Source: Takakia lepidozioides
Lineage: Eukaryota; Plantae; Bryophyta
Assembly: GCA_030704615.1 (NCBI GenBank)
Contig: CM060731.1
Location: forward strand, 31,310,001 to 31,374,000
Direction of reading: 5' to 3'
Length of the DNA stretch: 64,000 bases
Below the pieces are notes generated by a model. That model ran no database searches, was not told where the DNA came from, and was given only the letters and a program-made list of their open reading frames with translations. Shown here one piece after another: positions 1-11,849 of this stretch (position 1 is its first letter; each line of letters opens with the position of its first letter). Made by a program: the position numbers and the translations under genes.

Positions 1-158
1 GCCCATATCCCGTGTGTGGGATTGTTCGTGACGGTATGTCTGGGCGTTGATCGTCCTGTAGGTCTTATGGCCCATAAATGAAGGCGGGTGAATTTTTCCC
101 CCTCCTCAAGGGCCTGTGGTTTCCTTTAAGAAAATTTATTAAAAAAAAAAAAAAAAAA
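1..158 (+). mobile_element. 3' part of a tRNA-derived SINE (family A) with poly(A) tail, cut by the window start
   Basis: Closely matches 54787-54951 (CCCGTGTGTGGGATTGTTCGTGA...TTTTTCCCCCTCCTCAAGGGCCTG) and ends in an A-run at 141-158. Confidence 0.85.
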
Positions 159-752
159 GGCTTTTAGGGTTTACAAAAAGGTTAAAAAACTTAAAAAGTT
201 GCCCATCACGTAGCAGTGAACAGACTTAGAGCGAGCGGGAGGGAGAGAGAGAGAGGGCTGGGACTTAGAACGAGCGAGCGGGAGGGAGGGCAAACATGCA
301 TGTGAAGCCCGCAATTGGAGCAACCTTCGCATCTGAAGCAAGCGTCCTAGAAATGTTAGGGTATGTGTCCGAGGAGGTTTCGACTGGGAACTCGTAGTTC
401 TTGGGAGATTCAGCTTGGTCTTAGCAGGCCGTGTTTCAATCTCTACCCGCTCAGATGCACCGTGGTGGTTCTGACAGACCAATCTGACATTACCTGACTA
501 CAGACACAAGCAGCACACACAAGAGGTCCTCTTGGGTTCATGGTCAGTCAAATCCTCCATGGGTCATGACACAAGGTTAGGGTTTAGGGTCAAGAGAGGA
601 TACCTTCGCTCCATTGTTGTAGTGGAGGTTGCTCCTCACAGCCACGTTGAAAATTTTGAGTACAGACATTTGTTGATGTGTAATTCCTCAGGCAAACTGC
701 TTGCAAGGTTTGTGACCAAAAGATGAAAATGTGGTATGCTTGGTTGGCGCAG

Positions 753-2725
753 TGCAACATCAAGTGGTTTCGAGAGTATGATAATATGACGGATCTTGGC
801 GGGGATTGGTATTGGAATTTCATCTGGCGTAGTGCCCCTGTATATATCAGAGGTAAGGCTTTGTTCTCGTCTCCTTCCCAACTTTCACTAGTGTCTACGA
901 GAGCAGTGTTAGAAAATGGTTTTGTTGCATGGTTCAACCTCTATCATAGAGCCAAACGCAGCAGCGATCGCCACGGGGCTCGGCCGACGCTGCCTTCCCT
1001 CTCTCTCTCTTATCGCTCGACTGGTTCATTTCCTAGCTCATGGGAGTACGGCGAGCTGGTGGTTTTAGTTTTTTTTTTTGTTGTTAAAGTTTTTTTGAAC
1101 TCGGTTCTCTCTTTGCCTTTGTGACTCCTCCTCGAGTCCCATTTTTTCCATCTCCTTTGGATCACGTCTCTCGTAGTATGGTACATTTGGTGATTTCGAT
1201 TTGGTCTCTTTGCTTTCAGATTTTCTTGCTTTCTCTTTCCTGATTCAATCTGTCTTTAGGTTCTTGATTGTGGTTTCAAACAGTAGTCAGTGTGGATTCT
1301 ATCTTTCCCTCTTCTCTCGCTTCTTCTTATTCTGAGATGTATGCAAGGTTTGTTCTGTCTCTGCAGTATACAGATCGACTGGGAGTAGGTGGAGTTTCAG
1401 TAGCTCAAATTTTCAGGAGTTCAATGACAAGGTCATGTGCACATGATCAGGCTCTCGGATTGGCAAGATTTCAATGAGCAGATTGTGGAAGCAGAGGCTC
1501 TGTCGTCAGTGAGAAGGGAGCTGCATATACACACACACAGGCACAAGGGAGGCAGGGGTCTGGCTTCAATCCTCTCTCAATCCTTTGAATTTCTTTGCTT
1601 TGTAATATAAGCTAGCAGCGCTGGCAGCTCCAGACGCCCGTAGTCGGGCGCGCGATCGGGCTGCACGAAGAACCTTAGCGCTTGAGCAATAACTTTATGC
1701 TTGAGATCAATGCTGCTCAGTAATCCCTAAGCTTTTTAAGTAGTTAACCACATCATAGTAAACTATGAAGAGAACCATGTGACACCCTATGGCACTTTGC
1801 AAAGTTGCTTGGGATATTTGTTGTTGCACCTCATATCCATGACATTGGAGCACAAGGCTGAGAAAGGGAGCATTGGGGTGGCAATGGCAGGTGTCTCCTA
1901 CAGAGATCCGTGGTACACTGGGAACAGCGAACTAACTTTCCATCTGTGTGGGCATTCTGATGGCTCTTATTGTGGGGCTTCCCCTGAGTGGCAACCCTGC
2001 CTGGTACTGACTGGACACTGATGTGTTTGTGGACAGATGAAATATTCAAAGAACATGTGCAGCATGATTTGTTTCTGTATTCTAGTCTTTCTTGTCTTGA
2101 AGGTGAAGGGTTGCTTTAGGCCTTCCGGTCATATAGACGCACATGACATTTGGTCCAGTTAGTTGGAAGGCATAGTATCTGTAATGGGCATTTGTGGTGG
2201 CCAAAATGGTCCTTTGAGTGAGTGCAAGGTAGACAATACTGGTGCTAGGTAAATGGTTGGTACATTGTTTCGCAAATTGAACATGTATTCAATCAAAGTT
2301 AATTGGATGCCACTGTGAGAGGTTGCCTTGTATGGAAATGGACGTCAGATTCTTTCTTTGGGGTGATAAAACAGGTGGCGTAGCATGTTTGCATTGGCTG
2401 CAGTGTCCTCCTTTGTTTGGGCATGGCATACACTCCAGAAAGCCCACGTTGGCCATGCAAGGTTAACTTCCATCCATATACGATGCATCTTGATTTTCTG
2501 TATCTTGTTGTTTTTTGCAACAGGGTGACTATGCAGAGTTGGAATGTTGAACAACTCCAAACAGAGAATTGAGTCTAGAACAACAATTGTTGTGTAATGT
2601 GGCTAGCACAACAAATGATTCAACGGAATGATGCTGGAGTGTGCAACAAGGGAGGATAGCAGAGGCAGAGACAACGGCAAGACAACTGTGGGGCAAGGCA
2701 AAGTTTGAGGTGGCCTTGGCAGACA
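753..2725 (+). pseudogene. Plastidic glucose transporter (pGlcT-like MFS sugar transporter) pseudogene, 4 internal exons
   Basis: Exons 753-852 (ATSSGFESMII*RILAGIGIGISSGVVPLYISE), 1891-2003 (VSPTEIRGTLGTAN*LSICVGILMALIVGLPLSGNPAW), 2375-2461 (WRSMFALAAV..GMAYTPESPRW, frameshifted) and ~2647-2725 (QGRIAEAETTARQLWGKAKFEVALAD). The first three have AG/GT borders; there are two in-frame stops and a frameshift. PLYISE/EIRG/PESPRW are sugar-porter motifs. Confidence 0.88.
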
Positions 2726-2935
2726 GAGCACTACCCCAGCCAGTACAGACCCAGTGTGTCTTATTCACCCAACTATCGACTCTCTGAAGAAGAGTTCTAC
2801 AACCAGCCTATCACAAATCCAAACTACCTGAAGCATATCGGATTATATTAGATTAGATTTCCCGGTAGTAAGCAGTCCTTCCATATTGATTCGTCACCCA
2901 TTGATTTGCAGCAAACTTATGTTGTGTAACTTCCA

Positions 2936-3170
2936 GAGATCCCTGGTGACATCATCAAATCTGCAATTGTACCAGATGTAATCCTGAACATTGCTCTGGT
3001 GGCCATGTATGCTAAATGTGGGAGCATCCAGGATGCCAAGGGAGTGTTCAACACTATGGCTGAACTAGATGTGGTGTCGTGGAATGCGATGCTTGCAGGG
3101 TGTGCAGAGCAGGAGCGCGGGATGGGGCTTTGGACACTTGAAAGCAAATGATGGGGAAAGGGGTGAAGGT
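2936..3170 (+). pseudogene. PLS-class pentatricopeptide repeat (PPR) gene fragment
   Basis: Reads IVPDVILNIALVAMYAKCGSIQDAKGVFNTMAELDVVSWNAMLAGCAEQERG, then a frameshift to ALDT*KQMMGKGVK. MYAKCGS and DVVSWNAM are typical PLS motifs. Confidence 0.88.
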
Positions 3171-4149
3171 ACCTTCTTCAACATATTTCACCCTGTTTTC
3201 CCTGCTAGTGTGTGCTTTGACAATTATAGGCTGTCATTGTTAGCTGCTAGCAGCAAGGCGAGGATGTATGCATGATTTGTGCAGAGGCATCGATAGCTGA
3301 AGGAGCAGGGATTTCGTGTGGGTCCAGATTCATCCAAGAGGGCCAGATTTCAAGCACAAGATTACCTGTGATTCCCTGTGGATCAATAGCTACAAGAAAC
3401 CTGCATGGGTAGATGGTCAACTGGCAGCAGCGGCAGTGATAAAATCAGGCACTGCTAATGAAGGCATCTTCTTCAACACATTTCACCCTGTTTTTCCCTC
3501 TTATCAGAATCGGCCCTAAATTTTCATGTTCAATTCTGCAAGTTAGCTGGTTGAGTGAATCTAGTTTGGAGTGACTTTGACATGATACTGCCAATGTGAC
3601 AACAAGAAAGTGTCAAAAAACAGGTAATAGAGATGAGGAGAAGTTGTGGAATGAATACTTATCTGAGTTACCATAAACAACACTGGCATTGGTTTTTCAT
3701 ATATGGTATTAGATAATTCTCTATTGTTTTCGCCTTGGCAGGTTGCTCAGTGACCTTCCCTGGACGCTTTGGAGTATAGCGAGTGAGTATCTCACAATGC
3801 AATGTTGGTTGGCACATCTTATGCAAGAACTTGGAAAAGAAACAAATGTCCTTGTTGTAATAATTCTTAAAGACATGCAAGCCTTAGTTTTTGATGGGTT
3901 GCAGATTGATGGAATACATAAGTAGTTAGAAGATTATGGGTGAACACTTTTCAAAGTGTTATAGTTAGACAATTAATTCACATGAGAACATGTGACAATT
4001 TTATGTATTTTTAGATCCCGACAAAAATGATAATGATAAATATTGGTAAATAGAGATGGTGTACAATCTCTTGGTTTTGCTCAGCTTGTTGCAGTTATGT
4101 CTTGCTGCTTTGTTCTCTTTGTATTATATATTACATTTCATTGTTGTAA

Positions 4150-4668
4150 TAGACATGTATATGAGTAATATCATAGTCATAATAATGACTACATCTATTT
4201 TCACTCTCCAATAGTACTACACCACGTGGCAGAATTACAAATATGTAAAAAAATAGCAATACACCCAAAAAAACACCCATCATGATACATGTCAATCTGC
4301 TGAGGGACCACGTGTAAAAATTGCAACACGCCACGTGTTGCAACCGGATTAGCACACCTGTAGTCATAGTTCGTAGTCATGGAGAATGAACACTTTGCCA
4401 CGTGTCATTTCCTGTATCGAGCACGTGTCACTCTTGCACAGCCGCTGACATGGACTAACTGTCCGTTCAGTCATTCAGTAAAGCCAGCGTGTATGACTAC
4501 CCCCACAGCTGCTCAGGCGCCACGTCACAGCCAGCCTGGAGAGTCATATCTGCCATGTCACAACTGACTAGGGCTTTACGTCTTCAGAGTCAGGAAGTCG
4601 TAAATGGCTTCCATGACTGCATTTGCAGTCATAACACAGAGACGTAAAAGCCGCAATCTGTTGTAGTG
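4150..4668. mobile_element. Terminus of CACTA element 1 (TIR + subterminal repeats)
   Basis: Ends ...CCGCAATCTGTTGTAGTG at 4668 (reverse complement CACTACAACAGATTGCGG), preceded by many GTCAT/ATGAC motifs in both orientations. It abruptly truncates the TnpD frame. Confidence 0.75.
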
Positions 4669-6325
4669 TCCACATTTGGGCCGCATTTGGGACATCCTGC
4701 GTACCCTTTCGTCACTTGGCCAGCCAACAACCCATACGCAGGGAAGTCGTGAATGCTCCACATCAACATAGCCTGTAGCTGAAAAATCTCTCTGAAATCT
4801 GGGCCTAGACACATCGTGTGCCATTACGCCTGTGCTCCACAAAATTTGCAGCTCGTCCACCAATGGCGCCATGTACACATCTATGTTTGCACTTGTTACT
4901 AATTCTTTGCCTGGTATCAACAATGCCATCATGGTGAAGAATTTTTTTGTTGTCAACCATGGCGGCAAATTGTAATTAAACAATAGAACTGGCCATGTTG
5001 ACCATGTTGTCGATCATTGGCTGAATGGATTCACACCATCCAAAGCAAGGCCTAGGCATACATTGCGAGATTAAGCTGCAAAGTCTGGCCACATACTGTC
5101 AATGTGACTCCAGGCTTTTGAGTCTGCGGGATGCCGAACGAGACCATCAATACTGGTGTTCTTATGATGCCATGTCAGTAGCTCGGCAATACTCTTGCAT
5201 CTGTACAACTTTTGTAATCACGGTATGAGGGGGAAATGACGTAACACCTTCTTTGGAACGTTGCCACGACCCACCAAATACCTAGAGCTGTTACATTTAG
5301 GACAGGTGAGTGAATCCTTAAGCGCCCCTCTAAATAGTACACAGTCTTTCTCACAAGCATGGATGGTCGAGCACGCCAATCCCAATCGGGAAATCAATTT
5401 CTTGGCCTCATAATGCGAGACTGGTAGGGTGTTCCCATGAGGTAAAATGGAGTTCTTCAGCAGAGACAAGAGCTCATCAACAAATGAGTTGGAGCAACCG
5501 TGTGTTGCGGATGCATTCAAGATCATTAACGTTGCAGAAAGACGACTGTGCTTACTGCCACTGTATAATTTGATTTTTGATTCTTCCATCAGTTTTTGAT
5601 GTTGGGGATCCACAAATGCTCCATCCATCTGTCTTGGATCTAGATCTGAACCCATGTCATTCTCATTAAAATTGTCTTCACTCATGTCATTCTCATCAGA
5701 ATCACCTTCACTCATGTCAAATTGAAATGGTTGCTCTCCATTCACATTGTTTGTTTCATTCTGCTGATTGCATTCTCCTCTTTCGAAGGCCTCTTGTAGT
5801 GCTCTGGCAATATCCAATCCCACGTTGTCGTCTGATGCGTCCAGCTCAATGTCATTGTCGATGGATTTTGCCCCAGCCAGGGAGCCCGTAGAGTAGTCCC
5901 CATCCGAGGACTCATCAGAATATTGCTCCCCTTCATCCTGTCAATTAAACCAATGCTATCGTCAATGTTTCCTATACTTCAGTACATATAAAATAGTATT
6001 TTCAATTCCATGTTTTATTTTTAAAAACCAGTGCATGATCGATCGACATTATAAGGGAAATCGACATGACTCAAAACGGTCATGCGAATATTAGTTTTAG
6101 TCATGGTGCGCCATACCTGCATAGTGCGAGTCCGGCGCAAGTACGGGTCCCTGCCATAGTTTAGCATGTGAGACTTGACAGTAGCTCTCAGTAGCGGCTT
6201 CCCTCCGTGGCACACGCAGCAGCAACACTGTAGTTTTTTCCATCCTTGTCATCTGGCAAGGGCATCCTCCTTCCGCCACAAGTGCGTATCTCTCCTTCTA
6301 AGTCTTGCTTCTGCTAACACTCTAC
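4669..6325 (-). pseudogene. CACTA transposase TnpD (Transposase_21 + transposase-associated domain), disrupted
   Basis: Motifs CCVCHGGK...HMLNYGRDPY, HACEKDCVLF..CPKCNSSRY..KVLRHFPLIP, LALDGVNPF, NYNLPPW, LIPGK, IDVYMAPLVDELQILW, WSIHDFPAYG, KGYAGCPKCG. Has stops and frameshifts, and is cut at 4669. Confidence 0.92.
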
Positions 6326-7126
6326 CTGAAAAAACGTGGTTGCCTGTACATGACTGGCAGCTGTAGGCGAGAAATAGTGGCAATATTGGTTTTGGGCGCG
6401 TAAGTTGACCCGCGCACACCTGCACACTGTCGTCACCGAATGGCCAATGGAAGTCGCTCAACTCTCATGGCTTACGAGGTGGAAAGGGCAGCCAATGTAG
6501 CGGAGGTGAAAGCAAAGTTCAAAGAACTGGGACTAGCCACATTGGCAGCAGAGTAAGCTAGGGATTCTGAGTAACCACATTGGCAACAGAAGTAAGCTAG
6601 GAAAGCTGAGTAAGTGGATTGTAGCACCTTGGAGTGACAGAAGGGCCCTCGCAAGTCTATGTAGAGACAGATTAGAGACAGAGATGTCAAGGAGGGTTTA
6701 TTTCCTACACACTCCCTTCTCAACCCTTCACTCTCCTTCACGTCGTCATTGAGGGAAGTACCTCCTTTACGGAAGGGTAGAATGACAGATAGTCTGCCGA
6801 GCAGGTGAGAATGAGGGCCCGCACTCATGTATGAGAGTTTCTTGTGTGGAAGAAGAGTGCTACATAGGGGGGATTTTTTGCACGGGAACTTTTTATTGCA
6901 TTCGTTGCGCCAAGAATCCAAGAACCCAAGAAATTCAATTGACTTCACATTCTTTTGTCATCTTGAGGTTTACCAGCTAGCTTGAGTCCTAACATGCTTG
7001 ATAGTATGCAGGCTGCAGAGAGCGTTGCCCACAAAGGCAGTGCGAAAACGGGCCCCACGCAAACCAGTGGTTGAAGGTGAGCCAAGGTGGTCATCTAGGT
7101 TCGTACTACAGCTTCCACCATGGAGC

Positions 7127-9330
7127 ATGGCCGCAGAGGGAAAACCCGACGATCGACGCTACACTACAGGCGACTCAGACACCAACAACAACACCTGCCC
7201 TCCAGACAATGAAGGCACTGGTAACACTAATCCCCTCCATGATGGAAAAGGGAAGAGACCCGTTGAAATGCCTCCAAGGCCGCCTGCCAAACGTCCTGCA
7301 CCACAACAATACATATCACCCGTGGTGAGTGCTACTCCTACACACATTAATCCTAAGCTCCATCTCCATGTGTATTAGGTGCATATTTGGGTTTGGATCC
7401 ATAATGTAGACAACACACTGTGGGTGTTGATATGCTAGAGAGGTATGGCGGACATGAGGAAATTCATGTCTGAAGCCAAGGAGTTCAACAGGCTTTTGGC
7501 TATGAAGTTTGGCCTGAAGCTTGACCCTTGTTCCGATGGCAACACACGTGCAGGCTCATCTATCGTGGTAGATGGAGCTACACATGTCCCTACCGTGTCA
7601 ACTCGTCTGGACTCACGTTTTAACATGATTGAGGCGGTTGGTAGTAAACCAGTACTGAACGTGGAGGGTTCACAGTCCATGCGGTCACCTTCTCCAGTGC
7701 GAGAAGTCAACGGCAACGGAGACCCAGTTGATAGTGATCGTGGATCACCTACTTCATCGAGCAAGGGTCAGGGCATGTTACCTGCACAATTTGAACCTCC
7801 TACACCCAAACATCTATTGATTTTGGACTTGAATGGATTGTTGTGCAATGCCACTCACCATGTTCTTTCTGTCCCAAAAGGAATTGTGTCCAAGAAATGT
7901 GGTTCAAAGCTCGTGATGTTAAGACCGGGGTGTTGTGAATTTATTGCAAATTGTTTGAAAGTCTTTGAATTGGCTATTTGGTCCTCTGCACAAATTCACA
8001 ATGTCCGGGCAGCCGTCGATTGGATATTCAGGGCGCATGTTACAAGGCTTCAGTTTGTATGGGATCAGTCCCACTGTGAACGTGAGGAAGGGGAAAACAT
8101 GCAGTCCTCATCAAAGTCTATTTTTTACAAATGTTTGGAGAAGGTGTGGAAGGCAATGCCACAGTGGTCGGCCCGAAACACTGTCTTAGTTGACGACAGT
8201 CCTTACAAGGGGATGCACAATCCCACCTACTCTGGGGTTTATCCAGTTTCATGGACACATGACACAGGGGTTGCTGACACTGGGCTGTTGGACAGTGTGT
8301 GGCCCTACCTCGAAAGACTGGCATAGTCCCCCAATGTGCCCGAATTCATACGCACAACAGGGGGATATGGACAGGGACCTATTACTACAGAGGCTGAAGG
8401 CGTGGCCAGAGAGGTACACTTTGGCCCTCACCTTGCATTAGTGAATGTTAATATCTTATGTTAGTCATAGGTTTGTGGACATTTGACGATAGTGTTTATC
8501 ATTGTCAGTATTGTGAACAGCTATTTGACATATCGTTGTTGTACAATGCAATATCAGCCGCATGGTCATAGAAAGCCAGGGACAGCGAGGGTTTCGGGCG
8601 CAGCAAACATTGCCTTGGAGAAAAATATGGTAAGATCTCTTACCTTTTTTGTGCTTACAGTTATGAGGACTATAATCATTTACTTGTGGGAGTTCAATTG
8701 TTTCTTGACACATAGTTGGCATGAGGTTGAAGGGCACAACAGGGCACATTGTGGATGCAACCCCCGTAGCATGACACGGGTAAGGCAAAAAACACTTGGC
8801 AGTGGGCTGATCTCCTTTATGTTTGCGATTTCCCCACGTTGTTGCAGGTTGGACATAGAAAGCAAGTTGTCCTAGTGAAAACAACACCAGCTCAGAAGAT
8901 CGTTATTCCAACACCCTCGGAGCAAAATGGGGTGAGAAAAACTATACACCCCTATCATCTTCTCATGATTGCACTGGTTGCATGTGACTCGGTTCAAACC
9001 TGTGAAATATGGGACTCATTTTTAATTGACACTGCTTGTGGATTGTGGCAGGTGATTAAAGGCCATCAAGTGTGGCTTTTGGATGCCCTATCAAAAGCCA
9101 AAGTAGGTAGTGGTTTGGTGATGGGTTTGCAGGGCAGTACACCCCCAGAGGGATACCCATCTATACGTGTTGGGTATGTGGTTGTGCGTGTGGATGAAGT
9201 ATGCACGGCCAGCACCCCGCTTGCATACTTCAATACTTCAGTACGGCCAGCCCACACAAAACTTGGTCACACTCTGGACTCTGTCACAGTGTGGAGTGAT
9301 AAGCTGCTGAAAGTGCTGCCTCAACGGTGA
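7127..9330 (+). CDS. CACTA accessory (TnpA-like) spliced gene with an FCP1/SCP-like NIF HAD-phosphatase domain; probably inactivated by a nonsense codon
   Basis: Exon 7127-7324 splices in frame (GTGAGT...TAG) to 7439. NIF motifs LLILDLNGLL, RPGCCEF, LAIWSSA, FVWDQSHC, KCLEKVW, NTVLVDDSPYK. TAG at 8324-8326 is followed by in-frame family-like SPNVPEFIRTTGGYGQGPI. The last exon (~9052-9330, VGSGLV...GYVVVRVDEV...PL...LGHTLDSVTVWSDKLL) resembles the Tnp1/En-Spm C-terminal domain. Middle exons are uncertain. Confidence 0.7.
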
Positions 9331-10702
9331 TTTTAGAGGTAATGCTCTTACTTTGACATGTGGTTACCCTTGAGTGATTAGCTAAATAGATCTCATGTAG
9401 TACTTACACGAACCAGTGGATTGAAACCAACAACCTCTTCTCAGCTAGTGTTGTTGATCTGTTTATACATGTGTGCATTCACGTGCAGGACATGCAATCA
9501 TGATCTCTTTTAAGGAAGGAGGCAGAAGGTGTTGGGGCAGAAGGAGGCATGCTATGGACAATCAACGAGGAGGAAGGTGCTCGGTTTGTCACATTTTTGG
9601 ATTCATATATGTGCAGTGGGTAGTTGGGTAGTTGGGCTACCGTTGAGAGATTAGATTCTTTGAACTCTCCACTTTTTTGTTGATCTGGAGGCACTGTACA
9701 GACTTGAAACAAACCATTGTCTTCCTATCATATTTTCCATCAATTGTCGAATTTTTTTTTTACCCAATTGGCTCGTGACACCGTGTATTTGTGCAAAATG
9801 ATATATTCTCATATTATAAATTACATATAAATGGTATTATATTTGAATACATATAAATATACTAATTCAGTAAACATATAATACAAATTAAACCACTATC
9901 CACTCTAATTTGAAAATAAATAAAATACAAAATAAAAATAAACAGAAAACAAATGTACTATTAAGGTAAATATTACAAATTCCATCCAGTTAGAATACTA
10001 CATGTGGAGTAGAGATGGGTCATGCCCATGACTCAACTAGGCACCAACAGCCATGCAAAGCGTGACACGTGTCCAATCATACTCATGAACTCAAACCAAT
10101 GAGGTTATACTCATGACTCAAATACCTTTCACATTTCAAATTCATACCATACATTATGCGCCACGTAGCCATTCAATGAGACTTGAGTCAGATACACGAC
10201 CACCTAAAGTTATAAAATGGTCATTCTCATGACCAAGATGGTCATGCTTATGACCAGGATAATTTCCCACTCCTACCTGATACCATACAAAGAGCGCCAC
10301 GTGTCCAGGCACGAACGCATCCACAGTCAGATTTATGACTCTCTAAAAGTTGCTAGATTTCAACACGTGGTATCGCTCAACGTGAACATGTGGCCCGTTG
10401 TGGCATGCATGCGAGATAACGTGGTCCCTACACCTGTCATCATCTGAAATTGACACGTCGCAATCCGGGGAGAGCTGTGTGTTGCTAGAAAACAGTCACG
10501 GACGTGACGAAATCCAGGGTTATGTATCTTGCTCACAAGGGGATATCACCCAGAGTCATATTCACGACGCGGATATTAGAGTCATCGTAACGACACGGTC
10601 TGCATGACTCTTTGCAAAAGAGTAAAAAATAAGTCAAAATGACCAAAAGAGTCATGAAAACAGTAAAAAAAAGTGTCATGAAACCCGTTTTTTGTACTAG
10701 TG

Positions 10703-11600
10703 CCCATTGATGACGCGGTCAATGTCTATTGATGGCATATCCAAACGCGCCAATATGTCTTGCTCGTTGGTGATTGGCCTCGGGTCTTGAAGCACACCGC
10801 GTACACTGTTGAGAGTCCTCAACCCCATTCTTTCCAGCAACTTCGCTATTTGCCACCGTTGCACATGAACAATGTCCTGCAGGTCCTTGATGTGTTGTTC
10901 CTGTGCGGCCAACTGTTCCTCCAACAGAGAGCGTACCTCACCCCCCTCCAGATCAGACGTTGAAGGCCCGGCTGCGGAGACCTGTTACTGCGTATATTGT
11001 GGAGGTCGGTCCCCCTGCACCTCCCACACCACCACTGCGTCTGCATTTCCTCCTTCTTCCACCTCGTCGTTTCCATCCAACCGTATGATGTCCTGCCCTT
11101 GACGTATATACAAGTCTGGGATATCAGAGAACATGTATAGTCTAGTACGCTGTCTCGCAGTGGCAGTTTGTCAATCCACTGGTCGCAATAAAATCAACTC
11201 TGTATACAACATGGCCACAAATAAATACGGGACCTTGTTGTTGACGAGCGGTTGACCCCACAATGTTGTATGTACCTCCTCTGCCCTGTGGCGGAAATGC
11301 GGGTTGGCGCAGGAATGCAAGCTAGTTTGATTTTGTTTGGTTTGTGGCTCATGCCTATCTCTGGGCCACAAACGATTTCTGTGACACCAGTCCACAAATT
11401 TCATGCAGTGACCAAGCGACCACCGCTGCCCCAACCTCTAAACTTCTCAACCTGGTTCCGCAAGAATGTTGGGGTCACTGTATATGTCCCAACGAAGTTC
11501 GCGCCTGGCCCCTTTCGGTTTTTTTTGGGAGGTCCAGAAGTGAGTGGGGACGAAGATTTTGTACTGGGCATGAGAACATACCATCGTTGTCGTGCCAGAC
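10703..11600 (-). pseudogene. Decayed TE-like ORF of unknown function, interrupted by the CACTA 2 insertion
   Basis: ORFs 11171-11434 and 10697-10924 are in one frame with two stops between them (..LYTELILLRPVD*QTAT...EEQLAAQEQHIKDLQ coiled coil). The frame stops within the CACTA TIR, immediately at the junction. Confidence 0.5.
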
Positions 11601-11849
11601 GGAACTAGGTACAGCTATAACTTCTGTCACATGATGTGTAGGATGTTTCCATAGATATCCATGTTTCAGTGGGTACATGCATACGTGTACGGAAATAAAA
11701 ATGGTGGAATATGTGTACCCAAGAAAGGGTTTGGTGGTTGTGTGTGTGTTTGTGTTTCGTCATTACCTGTACATTGTTGATTTCCTATTATGGTTTCGAA
11801 AGCCACAAAGGCCAGGTGCAGCTCCCAACATTCATCGTCCCCTTCACAA

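Larger units (their letters stand above)
4669..10702. mobile_element. CACTA/En-Spm element 2 (truncated on the left by nested element 1)
   Basis: Right TIR ...GAAACCCGTTTTTTGTACTAGTG ends at 10702 (rc CACTAGTACAAAAAACGGG). Subterminal GAGTCAT/ATGACTC repeats at ~10020-10690. Contains TnpD and a TnpA-like gene. Confidence 0.85.

Noticed and set aside
3165-3500. ~40-bp direct repeat GAAGG..CTTCTTCAACA.ATTTCACCCTGTTTT
   Set aside because: Real but uninformative. No element boundaries or LTR hallmarks.
8324-8326. Stop codons removed by U-to-C RNA editing or readthrough (also in the pGlcT exons)
   Set aside because: U-to-C editing is organellar. These are nuclear TE/pseudogene sequences, and ordinary point mutation explains them.
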